From contig CM120645.1 of NCBI GenBank assembly GCA_051362555.1, positions 7,254,001 through 7,318,000 of the forward strand: 64,000 nt of DNA, written 5' to 3'. The notes beneath the pieces were generated by a model, which had not been told where the DNA came from, ran no database searches, and saw only the letters and a program-made list of their open reading frames with translations. Of the stretch, positions 42,513 to 55,094 are shown in pieces. Each line of letters begins with the position of its first letter. Within the stretch, counting starts at the first letter, position 1. Position numbers and translations under genes: made by a program. This DNA is from Lingula anatina (Eukaryota > Animalia > Brachiopoda).

Positions 42513-42799
42513 ATGTATTCGATAAGACGAATCATATGGGATGGTGAGCTTATACCATACTACACGGGGTTTGAAAGACGACTCGCTACCATCCGAGAGT
42601 GGGATGTGCCGGACGACGTTATATTTGTCACTTCTTATCCAAAGGCTGGTGAGTTATGTTTTTTCTATAAAGGTTAGCGCGCTGTCAATTCGTAGATTCT
42701 AATTTTCAAAAGGATTCGATGGAAAGTAAAACTGAATAACAGACTATGGTGAACCTATAAAGGGATAGCACGTGATGTTATGGATAGGTATTCGATCTG

Positions 42800-42849
<50 letters not shown>

Positions 42850-44886
42850 AGCGCGTGTCGGGAAATAATATAAAATACTATTATGCCTATGGGAAATGGG
42901 GAGTTGGATTTCCGCTTATATTTCTTGGCACAACTCAAGGCAATTCAACACAATGCATGCACCTCACCTGCCCTGACATGCCTTCTCAGATGATTTTCAT
43001 GAAATTTTGAAGGGTGAAATCACCACTTCAAACACTATTTTCTCAACTACTCCACTTACGTGTATTAACTGCGCATCTCTCCCACTGCGTTAACTGAGTC
43101 TGGCCAATCCTAGCCACAATTTACGGACATTTATGTGCAGTTCCCTTATGTGATTTTCAATACCACCATATCACTGAAATGGTAGTCATAAGATACCTAC
43201 ACGATTTTAAGAAAAAAAAAACGTCCTTTTGTACATTCATCGACTATTATGCATACACAGATGCACATTATATGATTTAAATTCTTAAACTTTTTCTTGG
43301 ATGTGAACACTCTCAAGACCGCTCAGACAGTGAAGAATATGCGTTGATCGTAAGATAAATGTATTGAATAAAATGTGAACCTAGTCAGTGTTTGTTTAAA
43401 CTAATCACATATACACTAACGATGCAGGTACTCACTGGATGATGAAGACGATCAACATTTTACTTGATGCGCAACGAAAATGCGATGGAGATGTCGATAC
43501 TCGCGTCCTTGACTCCCAAGACTTCCTTACATCCTGGCCTTTTCTTGAAGAAATGGAGGGAAACAAGTTAGCGTCCCCAATTAGACCATCGATGGTAGTG
43601 TGTACCCATCTGCCAAGACGTTTACTACCTGTAAAGATATGGGAAAACAATAAAATTATTCATTTGATTCGGAGTCCCAAAGACACGGCTGTTTCGCTGT
43701 ATCATTTTCAAAAAGCAAGGGGAGTTGGTGTGGGGACTTTTGAACAGTTCCTACAGAGATTTACGAATGGAGAAGGTACGTTGGCAAATGATACCTCTAC
43801 GATGTTTAATTTTTTTATTTAGCAATGTATTCTTTATTTTCATTTTTTATGATTAAGCTTTTAATGGTTAATTGATAACGGGTAGGCCTATATAGACATT
43901 TAATGGGCTCTACCTATAAGAGCATGCATTTATTTCTCGTCACTTCTTTTACCTCTCTCTCTCTCTCTCTCCATCTATGTGGCACAATCTAGATTCTAAT
44001 CGAGTAGATAGGATATCCGTCAATGAGTAATGTCAAATGGAATTCTGAGTAGCTATAGGTAGATTGATTGTTCTGAACTGTGTCTTTCTCACTTAAATAC
44101 GGCTGGCGAAATACACAATTGCAAATGGCCAGCCGGATTATCCATCTGAAATCATAATCAAATCCAGGATTATTTGAGAGGGGTCAGCAGATGCGAAGCC
44201 GACCCTCCTCCCCCTCCTTCCTGAAGGCCCCCGAAAATTTTTGTTAAATCCGCCACTGAAGTTGGCACCTAATCTAGGCAAATTCCCAATTAACTTCGAT
44301 TGGACCTTCGACGGTGCAATGGGACAACGAAAGAAAATAAATGCATACATTTATGGTCAGTGGTATCCAGTTTGACATTTGCCCAGACAGATTGACAATT
44401 TGACCATATATGAAACTCTAACAACACACAAACCTTCATACATTCACGCCCGCAAATGATTTGTCTAAACATTTTTTCGTACGAAAGCCTGTTTTTTTTT
44501 TCAATTTGTAAAATGTTTCTCTTCTCCCTTGGAAGCTTATTTAAAAGCCCTTTGTGAGTTTCCTATTAAAAGAATTTACATCTACAGGGGCATATGGCAG
44601 TTGGTTTGACAAAGAGCTAGACTGGTGGACACACGAGAGACAAAACCCAAACGTTTTGTTCATGAGTTACGAGGAACGCATCAAGGTGAATATTTCAATC
44701 ATATTATGGCTGGGGATGTCACTTGTAAACCAATGTTTCCAAAAATATGTGTATCGAATTTAAACATACACTGTATGTTATACATTATACATGCATTGAG
44801 TTTTTCGGGAAGAAATGTACTAGAACAAAATTAAAATTACCTTGTTTAGAGTTTTGGACAACCATGTGCATAATGGTGTGTCGATT

Positions 44887-44924
<38 letters not shown>

Positions 44925-47783
44925 AAAAGAATTATAAGAAAAAGAAAATTAGGAAAGGAGAGAGAAAGCGAGCGAGCAAGAGAGAAATTTTTCAACTTCC
45001 GTTTTTTTAGGCACCCGAGGAATCTGTGAGGAAAGTAATCAGATTTCTAGATTTAGAAAATCTACCCATGGATGACAACTTCCTGCAAAATGTTGTAAAA
45101 AGAACTTCGTTTGAAAGCATGAAAAACGAAGACGGTCGAACGCTCACTAAAGGTTTAGCAATGCAAACAGGTACATTTTGCAGAAAAGGTGAGCATTTGG
45201 ATTACTAGTTGCTAAATATAAATGATCTTAATTGATACATTTGGCAAAATTACACCGACCACCGACAGTGTTTATACATGTCACTTGTTTCATATTCTGG
45301 CAGTACAAAGCGCACACTCTCCCTCAACACAATTACATATAGGCCTACTGATGCCTGAAACTTTTCCCCGTGGAAAATTGTCATTGGTCAAATAAAACAC
45401 TCTTAAACCACGGCTAGCGCGTAGAACAAAAGACTCGGCCGTGCTGTATGTAGTAAATAATGCACTGTCCACGAGCCCGATATCACGATAGCAGGCCGAG
45501 CGCCAGCGAGGCATGCTATCGTGGATAACGGGCGAGGGGGTAAGAGTGCATTATTTGTCATACATACAAAGGGAAATCTTGCGTATTCCCCACCCAAAAC
45601 CCCTAACTTTGAATAGAACACGCTGATATCACCGCGCATGGGGTGATATCAAAGAATGGACTTTCCCCGCGTTTACTGCCTAATTGCGGTCACCGTCCAA
45701 TCATCTTCGTTTGCGTTAGTGGTTTTCTGAGTAGTTGGCAGATTTCCTGCCCATCATCCGCACGTGGCAGTCACTCCGTCTCATTCATTGTATCGGTCCC
45801 TGCAATCCTTTTGTTTTGATATCAGCCCCGTGGTATGTATGCGACATACAAGCACGTCATGTACGAGTGCGTTCCACGGTCTGTTGCACTACTAGTGTAG
45901 TAGCCAATCAGAGGCCGTGGTTTAAGCCAGATACAACACTCGTCGTCGAGCTGTACGTGAAAATTACTCGTGTATTGTCTCGCCTGCGGCTCGCCAATAC
46001 ACTCGTAATATTTCACGTACAGCTCGGCGACTCGTATTGTATCTATCACTTCAATGCAAGCTCTTTGACTGATATAGTCCCTTTATGAGAAATATGTATA
46101 ACTCTTAAACTGGAACTTACAGTAACAACTGATCGACGTTGCAATCTCAACCTGAGTCTTTTCTCTAGGTAATGACCTGGATAGACTAGTCACATGATCT
46201 ATTGTTATACGGTATGTGCTAGAGGCTGAACCTGAGGCCTCTTTTTCTTGCTGAGAGAACTTGTTGGGTTTTCCACCCGCTCGCAGATAGCTTCTGTGAC
46301 GCCACGTTCCCTGCACTTTTCTCCCTGGTCCAGAATGTTGAATTCGAAGTCCTTCTCATCTATAATGTGACCAATGTCTCTGGTAATGGGCCCTTTATGT
46401 TTCTTTACTCGCAGTTTTAAAGCTTTTTTGTGTCTCCAATGTATGTTTCAGAGCTATGGAATCCCAGGAGGGCCAAGTGAAATACAAAGCAGTCCATAGC
46501 GACACATGCAGCACTATACACGACATTGGACTTGATCCTTTTCAGAATTTGTCCTCTACGTTAATAACTTTTCCTCTGAGCGGGTTTGAATGATGTAGAG
46601 ATCCCAAATGCTTAAAAAATGTATGTAAGACTGGGATGTACAAAATGATGTTATATTTGTCACCTTTTCACTTATTTCCAAAAGCTGGTGAGAAATCTGA
46701 ATGAGTATATCATATAGTCTACCTATGTATGGAATAGTTATTCTTACATTATACTAATCCCCAGTAGGTAGTTGGACTTTCTGAATCCTTCTTTTTGTTG
46801 GCTATTACAGTTGCCTAGTCAGGATACCCACAATTTTCTAATGGCTTCTTCATCTTAGTGTCAGGGGAGGATCCAGAGATATTTTCTGAGAGTCTTCAAA
46901 ATTATCTTTTTTGATCCATCCTCAATTTTTGGCCGTCTTCCGTCAGAAAAAATTAGATACCCGTCAATGTAAACTTGAAAATCTGACCTTCTTCCTGAAG
47001 ACGCAGAAGACGGCCTAAATCCGCCCCTGAGTATGTTCATTAGGGACAAGATCTTGATTGCTAAATACTGTGTCAGCTCTACTCTGTGTTGTATAGTTTC
47101 TTTTACTCCAAGTTTGTATATGAGGGTGGTGGGAGTCAAACTGTAAATTGTTGTTAGTATGTGTTGGTTTACGGTACACTTGGGTGGTTAAGGTGCCCAC
47201 TTATGCTAATGCTTGTGGTATGACTATAGACCAGGTGATCAGTTATCCAGGTGAAATGTCTCAGGTTGAGACCACAACGACGGTCTCAACCCCTAACGTA
47301 ACCTCTTATATCAGAGTTATACATATTTCACATTGTAATTCTACTAGATGACTCAAATCATTGACTTATAGCCCCCTTTTTTTATATTAACTTGATAAAG
47401 GCGCTGTCATTTATTGTGCTTTCCCGTTGTTCAAAATTATAATTTTCAATATTTTCCAGTTGGTGAGTGAATTTGAATATTTAATAATGGACGATGGCAA
47501 GCTAAAAGCAATGTTCAATTGTTCGAGTTGAAACCCCATTATATTCATAACTATGTCTCCTTAAGAGGAATTCATTATAAAGCAGCCGTACTTTTCTGCA
47601 TTGTTAAAAAGCGTTTCATACGTGTCAGTTTTGGATCCCAAATAACCAATAATAGGTTGTTTTTGATATTTAGGGCAAGTTGGAGACTGGAAGAACTACT
47701 TCACAGTAAAGCAGAACGAAGATTTCGACAAAAAATTCTTTGAAAAAATGAAGGAGACCGACTTGGCTGTGATGTTTAAGTGA
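42513..47783 (+). CDS. Cytosolic sulfotransferase paralog 2, about 289 aa, 5 exons
   Basis: Exons 42513-42648, 43428-43775, 44588-44685, 45011-45188, 47674-47783 (870 nt). Motifs: [42 protein letters not shown]. The start codon is inferred. Confidence 0.88.
45403..46043. mobile_element. Non-autonomous element with two long palindromes (Crypton-like, tentative) in SULT2 intron 4
   Basis: Hairpin 45446-45563 (core CGAGCGCCAGCGAG), hairpin 45930-46043 (core CTCGCCTGCGGCTCG), and an inverted repeat TTAAACCACGGC (45403) / GCCGTGGTTTAA (45914). Confidence 0.5.
46629..46692 (+). pseudogene. Orphan degenerate copy of sulfotransferase exon 1 (3' part) inside SULT2 intron 4
   Basis: GACTGGGATGTACAAAATGATGTTATATTTGTCAC...TTTCCAAAAGCTG|gtgag = DWDVQNDVIFVT...FPKAG with its donor. 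Contains a frameshifting insertion. Confidence 0.75.
46862..47029. mobile_element. MITE family A copy
   Basis: AGTGT-CAGGGGAGGAT ... ATCCGCCCCTG-AGTAT (5-bp TSD, one mismatch). Homologous to 11975-12142. Confidence 0.8.
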
Positions 47784-48399
47784 TTTTCATTTTTTTTATT
47801 AATTGTCAATTAAAAAAAAAATTTTTTCTTCGTTTATAATCTAACCCACAATAAAATCCAGCCTGTTTGGCATTTGTTACTTTATCATATCATGATCATA
47901 AAAAATTATTTACAATGAAAGTTGTCTAAAATCAATCCCTTGTTGCATTAAATAAACTAAACATTTGAAATAAAACTACCGAATGTGAAGGATCCCTTTT
48001 CAGAAACAATACTTTATTCTTAAGCAAACCTGGTCAAAAACATTAAGGACATTAATTTATGACAATGGGTTACTAAGGAACTTCTCGATGCATCTTGCGC
48101 CTTCAGCGTGTCGAGTGGCTTACACCGATGCTCATAAATTAAGCAACACCCCGTTTTTTGCATAAAAGATTATTCTGTCATGGTCATTATTTAAATTGCT
48201 AGTAGGATTATGCCTATCTCTTTCATATTTTATAAACACCTCATTTAAGTTGATTATTTCTGATAATTTAATACTCAACACAGCTTAATGTAATAAACAA
48301 ATTAACTTTATTAACAAAGTGGTACCAAAATGTGCCAAATCATGTGGTAAAAGTATGCTCACATAGGGAAAAGTACGTGCTGATTAAAACAGCTTATCA

Positions 48400-48970
48400 T
48401 AAATAAGTTAAATTGAATCGTCTTAGAATAAGTTCTAATAAAAAAAGACTATAGATAACAGATAATTTATAGTCTATTATGCAAGCAATAACGGGGGTAT
48501 CGTTCCTGGTTTTGAACAACATCTTCACATCATCTACTGCAACTTGCCACTGAATTCTTGTAAATCTTGCATTGGGAGCCGGTTCCATTTCTGATCAATT
48601 ACTACCCACTGGACTTCTCTAATGTTTCTTCCTTGGCGATTACTGCTTTCCTTTACTGCTCTGCCAATCATGCCTCAAGCAGGATCTACTACATTGAGAT
48701 CTGGCGAACATGCAGGCCAATCCATATTGGGGATATCATGCTGTTGCAGCACGTCTTGCACGGCCTGTACTTAATGGATGGGCTCCTTGTCCTGCACCAA
48801 AATGATGTTTCTTCCTGGATTTGCCTGAATGCGTGGTTGTGTGTGCATTAACAGGATTTCGTCTCTGTATTGTTGACCAGACCTTTGAATGATGTACAGT
48901 GGCAATTTTTCACCAATTTTTTAATTAGCAGCCCCAGACCATGACGGATCCTCCTGAACACGTAGGAGAA
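48400..48970 (-). mobile_element. Decayed Tc1 (DD34E-type) transposase, catalytic region
   Basis: Minus strand reads GGSVMVWG and ILVQDKEPIH*VQAVQDVLQQHDIPNMDWPACSPDLNVVDPA*, the Tc1 QDNAP.H / WP..SPDLNPIE motifs, with stops. Confidence 0.85.
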
Positions 48971-49038
48971 CACAATCATCATGAAACACTTGGTTTAGAC
49001 CTTTCCGGACTCTTAACCGACCATCTGCATACAGCAAA

Positions 49039-49652
49039 TTCAGGCCTACCCAACTACCATCCTGAATTAACCGGTATATCGCACCACACTACCCGTTTTT
49101 AAGAAACGGTGTGTGTCAGACCGCATTTCGGAGTATCATACCCCAGAACAAATTTTGCAGGACGACTGCGGGCTCATCCACGCTCGGCTGTCACCTTGAT
49201 TGGATAGTAAACGATTGTCGTAAAACCGATTTAAAACCGGGTGCATACATTTGAAAACCACCTAGAACAACCTTAGACTGTACTCTTACTTTAGAGTACT
49301 CTATTTTATTGTCTCTATGGGGGTATATGGGGACTTTACGACATTCGGTTTGAATGTTTTAACACCTTTTGATAGGGCTTTTTTGCATTGTATTAGATTA
49401 ACGTGGCAGTCTAAGGTTGTTCTAGGTGGTTTTCAAATTTATGCACCCGGTTTTAAAATCATATAGCGATTTTACGACAGTCGTTTACTATCCAATCAAG
49501 GTGACAGCCGAGCGTGGCTTCATCCTGTCGGTGTTCTGACTGATACTCCGAAATGCGATCTGACACACACCTTGAAAACGGGTAGTGTGGTCCGATACAC
49601 CGGTTAATTCGGGATCCTTAGGTGCCGAGTCTGGTAGTTGGGTAGGCCTGAA
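49039..49652. repeat. Long inverted repeat (arms of about 240 bp, spacer of about 125 bp)
   Basis: TCAGGCCTACCCAACTACCA...GAAAACCACCTAGAACAACCTTAGACTG (49040-49280) is the reverse complement, with small indels, of 49408-49651. Confidence 0.85.
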
Positions 49653-50879
49653 ATTGAATCCACTCTCTTTACTCCATAGGACCCTTCGTCAAGTTCTGGG
49701 TTTCCATCTTTCTCGGTATCTGGTCATGCCAATCCATGGCCAGAAATGCGCAGCATTCACGCGATACGCGAGGGCGCTACAGTAGGGCTTTACGTGACTC
49801 AACTAGCCAATCACAGCACAACAATGGCATCGCACACAGACTCTGTGATAAGTGCTCAGCCCATTGTCAAGTAGTGTTAGTTCATGGTAACAAGCGTCTG
49901 ACCTAGGCAGAGAAGTTTATTGTAATATATGTTGTTCTTATTGTTGCATTATTAAATCTAACTGTATCCAAGTAGTAACTATACTGTACCAAGTCAGGTA
50001 CTGATGATGCGCAGAGGTCATATATTCCAGAATAAGCCATTTCCACTAATTTATAACTTTAATTTTGTTTAATATGTTATTCATGAAAGAGTTCATTTTT
50101 TAATTTGTTAAATCGTGATCTTATTCTTTTTATATTCAAATAATTGAATAATGTGGGTAAAATTGGTCTTCCACTTCTTATTTGCATTTTTCCTTTACTA
50201 CAAGATTATTTTGGAACAGTTGCAGCATTAAAATTTAAAATAAATAGCAATCTGAAAGAAGAATTTTGCATTATCATTAAATGATGATAGGAATTTTGGA
50301 TTAAGAGATTAGTTAAATACTGAGTAGTGATATTGTCAGTCAATTTATGTAGAATCTGATAATATGAGTGAAAATACTGATTGAATTCTTAGCCTTGCAC
50401 TGGGCAGTTTCACATTTGTACCAAGCGCTTTTTTTGGACTCCATTGTACAGTGGTAAAAGTTCTTCAATTGCCATGAAAGTTTTAAATCAGACTCCGTAT
50501 GGTGCTGCTATCTGCTGGTGCTTTCGGCAACGAATTACATGTAGTTTGCCTTTGTTTCTGAGTGAATCTACCGTCTAAAATCACTATATCTGAAAATATG
50601 TGCGTTTTGCTGAGGGTAGGCTAGGCAGTACACGGCAAACTTCTTAGTACGTGTGTACAACAGAATTTTTTTTAAAACCCTAGCGATATTTGGTCAGGAG
50701 TTGCTTGAAGCATAGCACAGCGTTGCTGTCTATCGGCATCAAGTCGTTAGTTTGTCAATTATCACGAATTACCCACGAATCGTGAACCCATTCATTTTCC
50801 TATGGCAGTCTAGCAACTCATTAAAAGCACGCATGCGCAGTGGGCTAAGCGTGACGTCATGCAGTGCATTTCTGGGGAT

Positions 50880-51130
50880 GCTTATCTGTTCATTTCTGTT
50901 GGGCAACGGCGGTTTTTCACAGGGTCTTCTAGATGGAAGTCCAGCTTCTAAAAGAAACTTGTTGACTGTTTGCCTTCTGACTCGAACTACTGCAGGCCAG
51001 ATGTTTCTCAGTTGTTTGGCCGGCATGAACCGTTGCTGGTGGCAAGTCTATCTCTTGCGTCGGTTAATCTCGATCTACCACTCCGAGGCCTGTCCCTTAC
51101 ATGATGAGTTTGGTGCCATTTTAATGTAAA
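50880..51130 (-). mobile_element. Decayed Tc1 transposase N-terminal (HTH) fragment
   Basis: HHVRDRPRSGRSRLTDARDR and, frameshifted, VRVRRQTVNKFLLEAGLPSRRPCEKPPL (GRPR-type motif and HTH_Tnp_Tc3_2-like segment). Confidence 0.75.
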
Positions 51131-51399
51131 CCCCAATCCATTCCCTACTCCAAAATGTACTAATAATATGGGATTCCGGACTTCCATTTCGAGGACTACC
51201 ATCACTGTCACCAAACCGTCCCTGTCGATTTTCAGCGCTTTGACAATGTAAAGAGGTAAAGGAAGTAGATGAAATTCTAAATACATTCATTTGTCCACCC
51301 ACGTTGCTCAAGGTAAAGCTGAAAAATAGCAAATGCCATTTCTGGTTTACGGTCCATGCAATGGTTCTTGCAGACCAGTCACTCTCCTTCGTCTGTCAA

Positions 51400-51949
51400 C
51401 CCCGGTGATTTTTACGTGGGAAATCTGGGTTGAATTCTTGAAGCATGGAGCCTTCTTTAATCAATCCTTTTTTTAAATCTCAATCTGCAAATTGTGCGAC
51501 GACTGCAAAGCTAATTTGCTGCACGGTTCAAATCCCCTAAGCTTTGACAGCGTAAAAAGACGCCTGTCGTCTCTGGCACTAGTCTTCTTTGGATGGCCAC
51601 TGCGTGGTACTTTATGGGCATCGCCAATGCCATCCATCCTTCTGTAAACCCCGCATACAGTCTGACCAGACACCATATCTGGCGGCTGTGTGGGGACATC
51701 TATACCCGCCTCCTTCAGAGAAACAATTTCTTTTCTTTTTTCATTTGTGAGCTCCCGTACCTTCACCGTGGTAGAAACTTGACAGCCAGAAAGTCGTTAA
51801 ACAAACGATGAGACCCTTTATAGTGTACATGGATCAAAATCCATCACTTGTTACGCGAACAAAAAACCGTGAAAAACTTTTTTACGAACGAATCCCCGTC
51901 ACATATAGAGCACTATTTACACAGATAGTGCAATACTTTTGTCACCCCT
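51400..51949 (-). mobile_element. Second decayed Tc1 element 5' end, with TIR
   Basis: MKVRELTNEKRKEIVSLKEAG...KVPRSGHPKKTSARDDRRLFTLSK. Tc1-like TIR AGGGGTGACAAAAGTATTGCAC on the minus strand at 51928-51949. Confidence 0.75.
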
Positions 51950-52324
51950 CCGTTTCATTTAGTAGAATAAATGTGCAATAATCCTTGAGGTGAAATGCGT
52001 TTCAACCATAAAGTATTGTGGGGCAGTTCTCAAACTTGCGTCTTCAGTACGACGAGTGCGTATGTATTATACGTCTCCCTGACTCGCTGCCTGTCAGTAA
52101 CATCTCCCGTATTGTCAATATACCTATATAATTTATTTTGTATGTAAGCTAATATATATATGTAAGCTGTATACATGAAGGTCAGGCCACTAATGCATGA
52201 GGATTATTCAAATCACGTACAGCTTAAAATGCTAAAATAATGCAACAGAGTAGAAAACCTTGGCCTCTTGAAAAATTGTGTCTATTTTGTTGAGAAATCA
52301 AACGTAGTTTTCCAGCTTTTCCCG

Positions 52325-52627
52325 ATGTCTTCACGAAAACATATCATATGGAATGGCGTACGTATAAAACACTGCCCGGGACTTGAAACACGATTGCCTA
52401 CGATCCGAGATTGGGATGTAGCAGATGATGTTATATTTGTCACTTCATTCCCAAAGGCCGGTGAGTTATCTGAATGAGGTTGTTCAATATTTTTCAATAT
52501 CAAAGATTTCATTTCTTAAAGAAGGGTTACATAAAAAGTAAATTGAATATGCAGGGAAAGTAAAACTGAAGAAAACAACGGTGTGCTTACTTTTTTTCAT
52601 GCACTATAATAAATCCATTCATCTGTT

Positions 52628-52703
<76 letters not shown>

Positions 52704-52747
52704 AACAGATGAATGGATATATATATATATAATAAACAGATGAATGG

Positions 52748-52789
<42 letters not shown>

Positions 52790-54962
52790 GTATATACATA
52801 TATATATATATAAAAATATAAAAATTCTGGGGTCCATAATACTGTAAATGCTTCAACTAATGCCCCAACAAATAGGTACTTAGTTATCCGACTTCGATTC
52901 GAAGGGATGGTGAGAAACAATTGTAGGTTAAGGCAGCAGGAACTCGGCAATTGGATGACCAAAGAAGTCAGTTTGTCCGTGTTTTTAGTCTCAGACCTAG
53001 CCATACTGATTGGCTTAAGATCTTTTAACAAAAAGTTATAGCCCGAATGTTATCCGCGTTGAATCCGAAGTAGTCTATCAACATGGAATAAATGAATAGG
53101 GGATTTCAGTGTGCATGAAAGGTTCATCAAATCGGGTAGTTAGTAAGCTGAGCGCCTGTGCTGTGTTTTATGGGCATATTTGGGACAAAGAAAGTCATGG
53201 CACGTAGTTAATTGGTTCACATATTATTCTAATTGCACCGTGGGTGAAAGAGACGAGATGGCAGGGTAATCAATGAACTCAGCTTACTATTTTCTTGGGA
53301 GTTCTACCCCTGTGATACTGGCCAATACATTTCATGTTAACATATGCTTAGGGTTCTTTTTCTAAATTTAAGACACGACCTTTTCAAAAACGAAAAAAAC
53401 AGCAAAAAAATTTTATAACGCATATTTCCCCCTGACAATGCAGGTACGTACTGGATGATGAAGACTGTCAGTATTTTGGTAGATGCGAATCGGAAATATA
53501 ACGGAGACGTCGATATCCCAGACTTTGACTCAGTATCTTCTTGGCTGTTTTTGGAGGAATTGGAAAGAGAGCAACTGTTAATGCCAATTAGACCATCAAT
53601 GGTAGTAACAACACATATCCCAAGAGGTCTGCTGCCTGTAAAGATATGGAAAAATAATAAAGTAATCCACACATTACGGAATCCCAAAGACACTGCCGTA
53701 TCGCTGTATTTTTATCAAAGAGACAGAGGTTTCTGCATGGGTGATTTTGAGCAATTTCTACAGGGATTCATGGATGGAGAACGTGCGTGCTGGGGTTTGC
53801 TATCTATCTATCTATCTATCTATCATACATATTGTTTCAAACACGTCTGTGTGGCCGCTTTTTTGGCATTCATCTGCCTCTTTTTCTGTCTAACTGATCG
53901 GTTTTCTGTTTATTTGCTCATTTCAAACGGTTTAATATTGAAGAATCATTTCAACCCGATGATTTTAAACAGCTATTGCCCTCTTTATAATATATGTATA
54001 GTGTTTTGATGCAAAATTTAGCAAACTACGGTTTGAGTAAGTTTGAAAAGGAATAACATTTCATATGATCACTTCATCTTGTGTATTTGTGTTGAATGTG
54101 CTTTATATACATAGTGGTACATGGCAGTTGGTTTGACAAAGAGCTGGACTGGTGGACACACGAGAGACAAAACCCAAACGTTCTGTTCATGAGTTACGAG
54201 GAGCGGTTGAAGGTAAATATAACATTGGTAAAATTGGTGTTTAGAATTAACTGTATATGTATGGTTGGCAGTAGTTTGTTAAGGCTTTTAGCACAGCTTC
54301 AGTTTATCGTGCTAGTGTGTATTTGTGTGTTGGAGGACCATACCTGATACTGTATTGAAACTTCTTTCTTTCAGGCACCCGAAGAATCTACATGGAAATT
54401 AATTGAGTTCCTTGGACTATATAATATACCCAGGGACAACTACTTTCTGCAAGACGTATTGAAAAGAACCTCGTTTGAATCCACGAAAGAGACAGACGGC
54501 CCTGTGATTAATAGAAGTTTAGATTTTAAAACTGGAAACTTTTTCAGAAAAGGTATGTTTCATGCAAATAAGCACCGGATGATACACATTAATGATACCC
54601 AATGAATCACGGAACTATTTCAATATCACAATATGGAGTCACAAAGTATGAGTCACGTATTCCGCTTTGTATCAAATAGGCAATAATATATTACACGTGC
54701 ATATGTTTTGACGCATATGTCTGTCAGAATCAAATGTAAGGCGACACGGTTAAAATATCAGTTTCCCCCATTTTTGGTCAGGTGACACACCTGCAGTATG
54801 TTGTAAATACTGAAAGTTAAGCTGAATTGAGCTATTTTTTTTATTTCAGGGCATGTTGGTGACTGGAAGAATTTCTTGACAGTAAAACAGAATGAAGAAT
54901 TTGACAAAGTATACCGTGACAAAATGAAGGGTAGCGACATCCCCATACAGTTTGAGGGATAA
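52325..54962 (+). CDS. Cytosolic sulfotransferase paralog 3, about 287 aa, 5 exons
   Basis: Exons 52325-52460, 53444-53782, 54115-54212, 54375-54552, 54850-54962 (864 nt). Motifs: [42 protein letters not shown]. Confidence 0.9.
52613..52812. repeat. (TA)n microsatellite flanked by an 18-bp inverted repeat
   Basis: ATCCATTCATCTGTTTAT (52613) ... (TA)n ... ATAAACAGATGAATGGAT (52701, repeated at 52732). Confidence 0.85.
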
Positions 54963-55094
54963 CTTTTTTCTCAAGCGTGCATATATACTGCATATATACT
55001 GTATATATCCTGGAAATTCCACTGGTAGGTTTGAGAAATATGAATATATAACACGATTTTACATAAACGGGATATGAAATTCATAAATGTGCTA

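Larger units (their letters stand above)
46150..47200 (-). mobile_element. Decayed Penelope-like retroelement fragments (RT C-terminus and GIY-YIG endonuclease)
   Basis: Minus strand 47200-47080 reads GTLTTQVYRKPTHTNNNLQFDSHHP / KLGV (PLE RT-thumb motif). About 46450-46395 reads ETYIGDTKK / LKLRVKKH (GIY-YIG). Frameshifted and interrupted by other sequence. Confidence 0.7.

Noticed and set aside
52619-53031. ORFs with YI/IY repeats (also 60692-61006) and poly-K/poly-F ORFs at 42744-43010
   Set aside because: These are translations of (TA)n and poly-A tracts.
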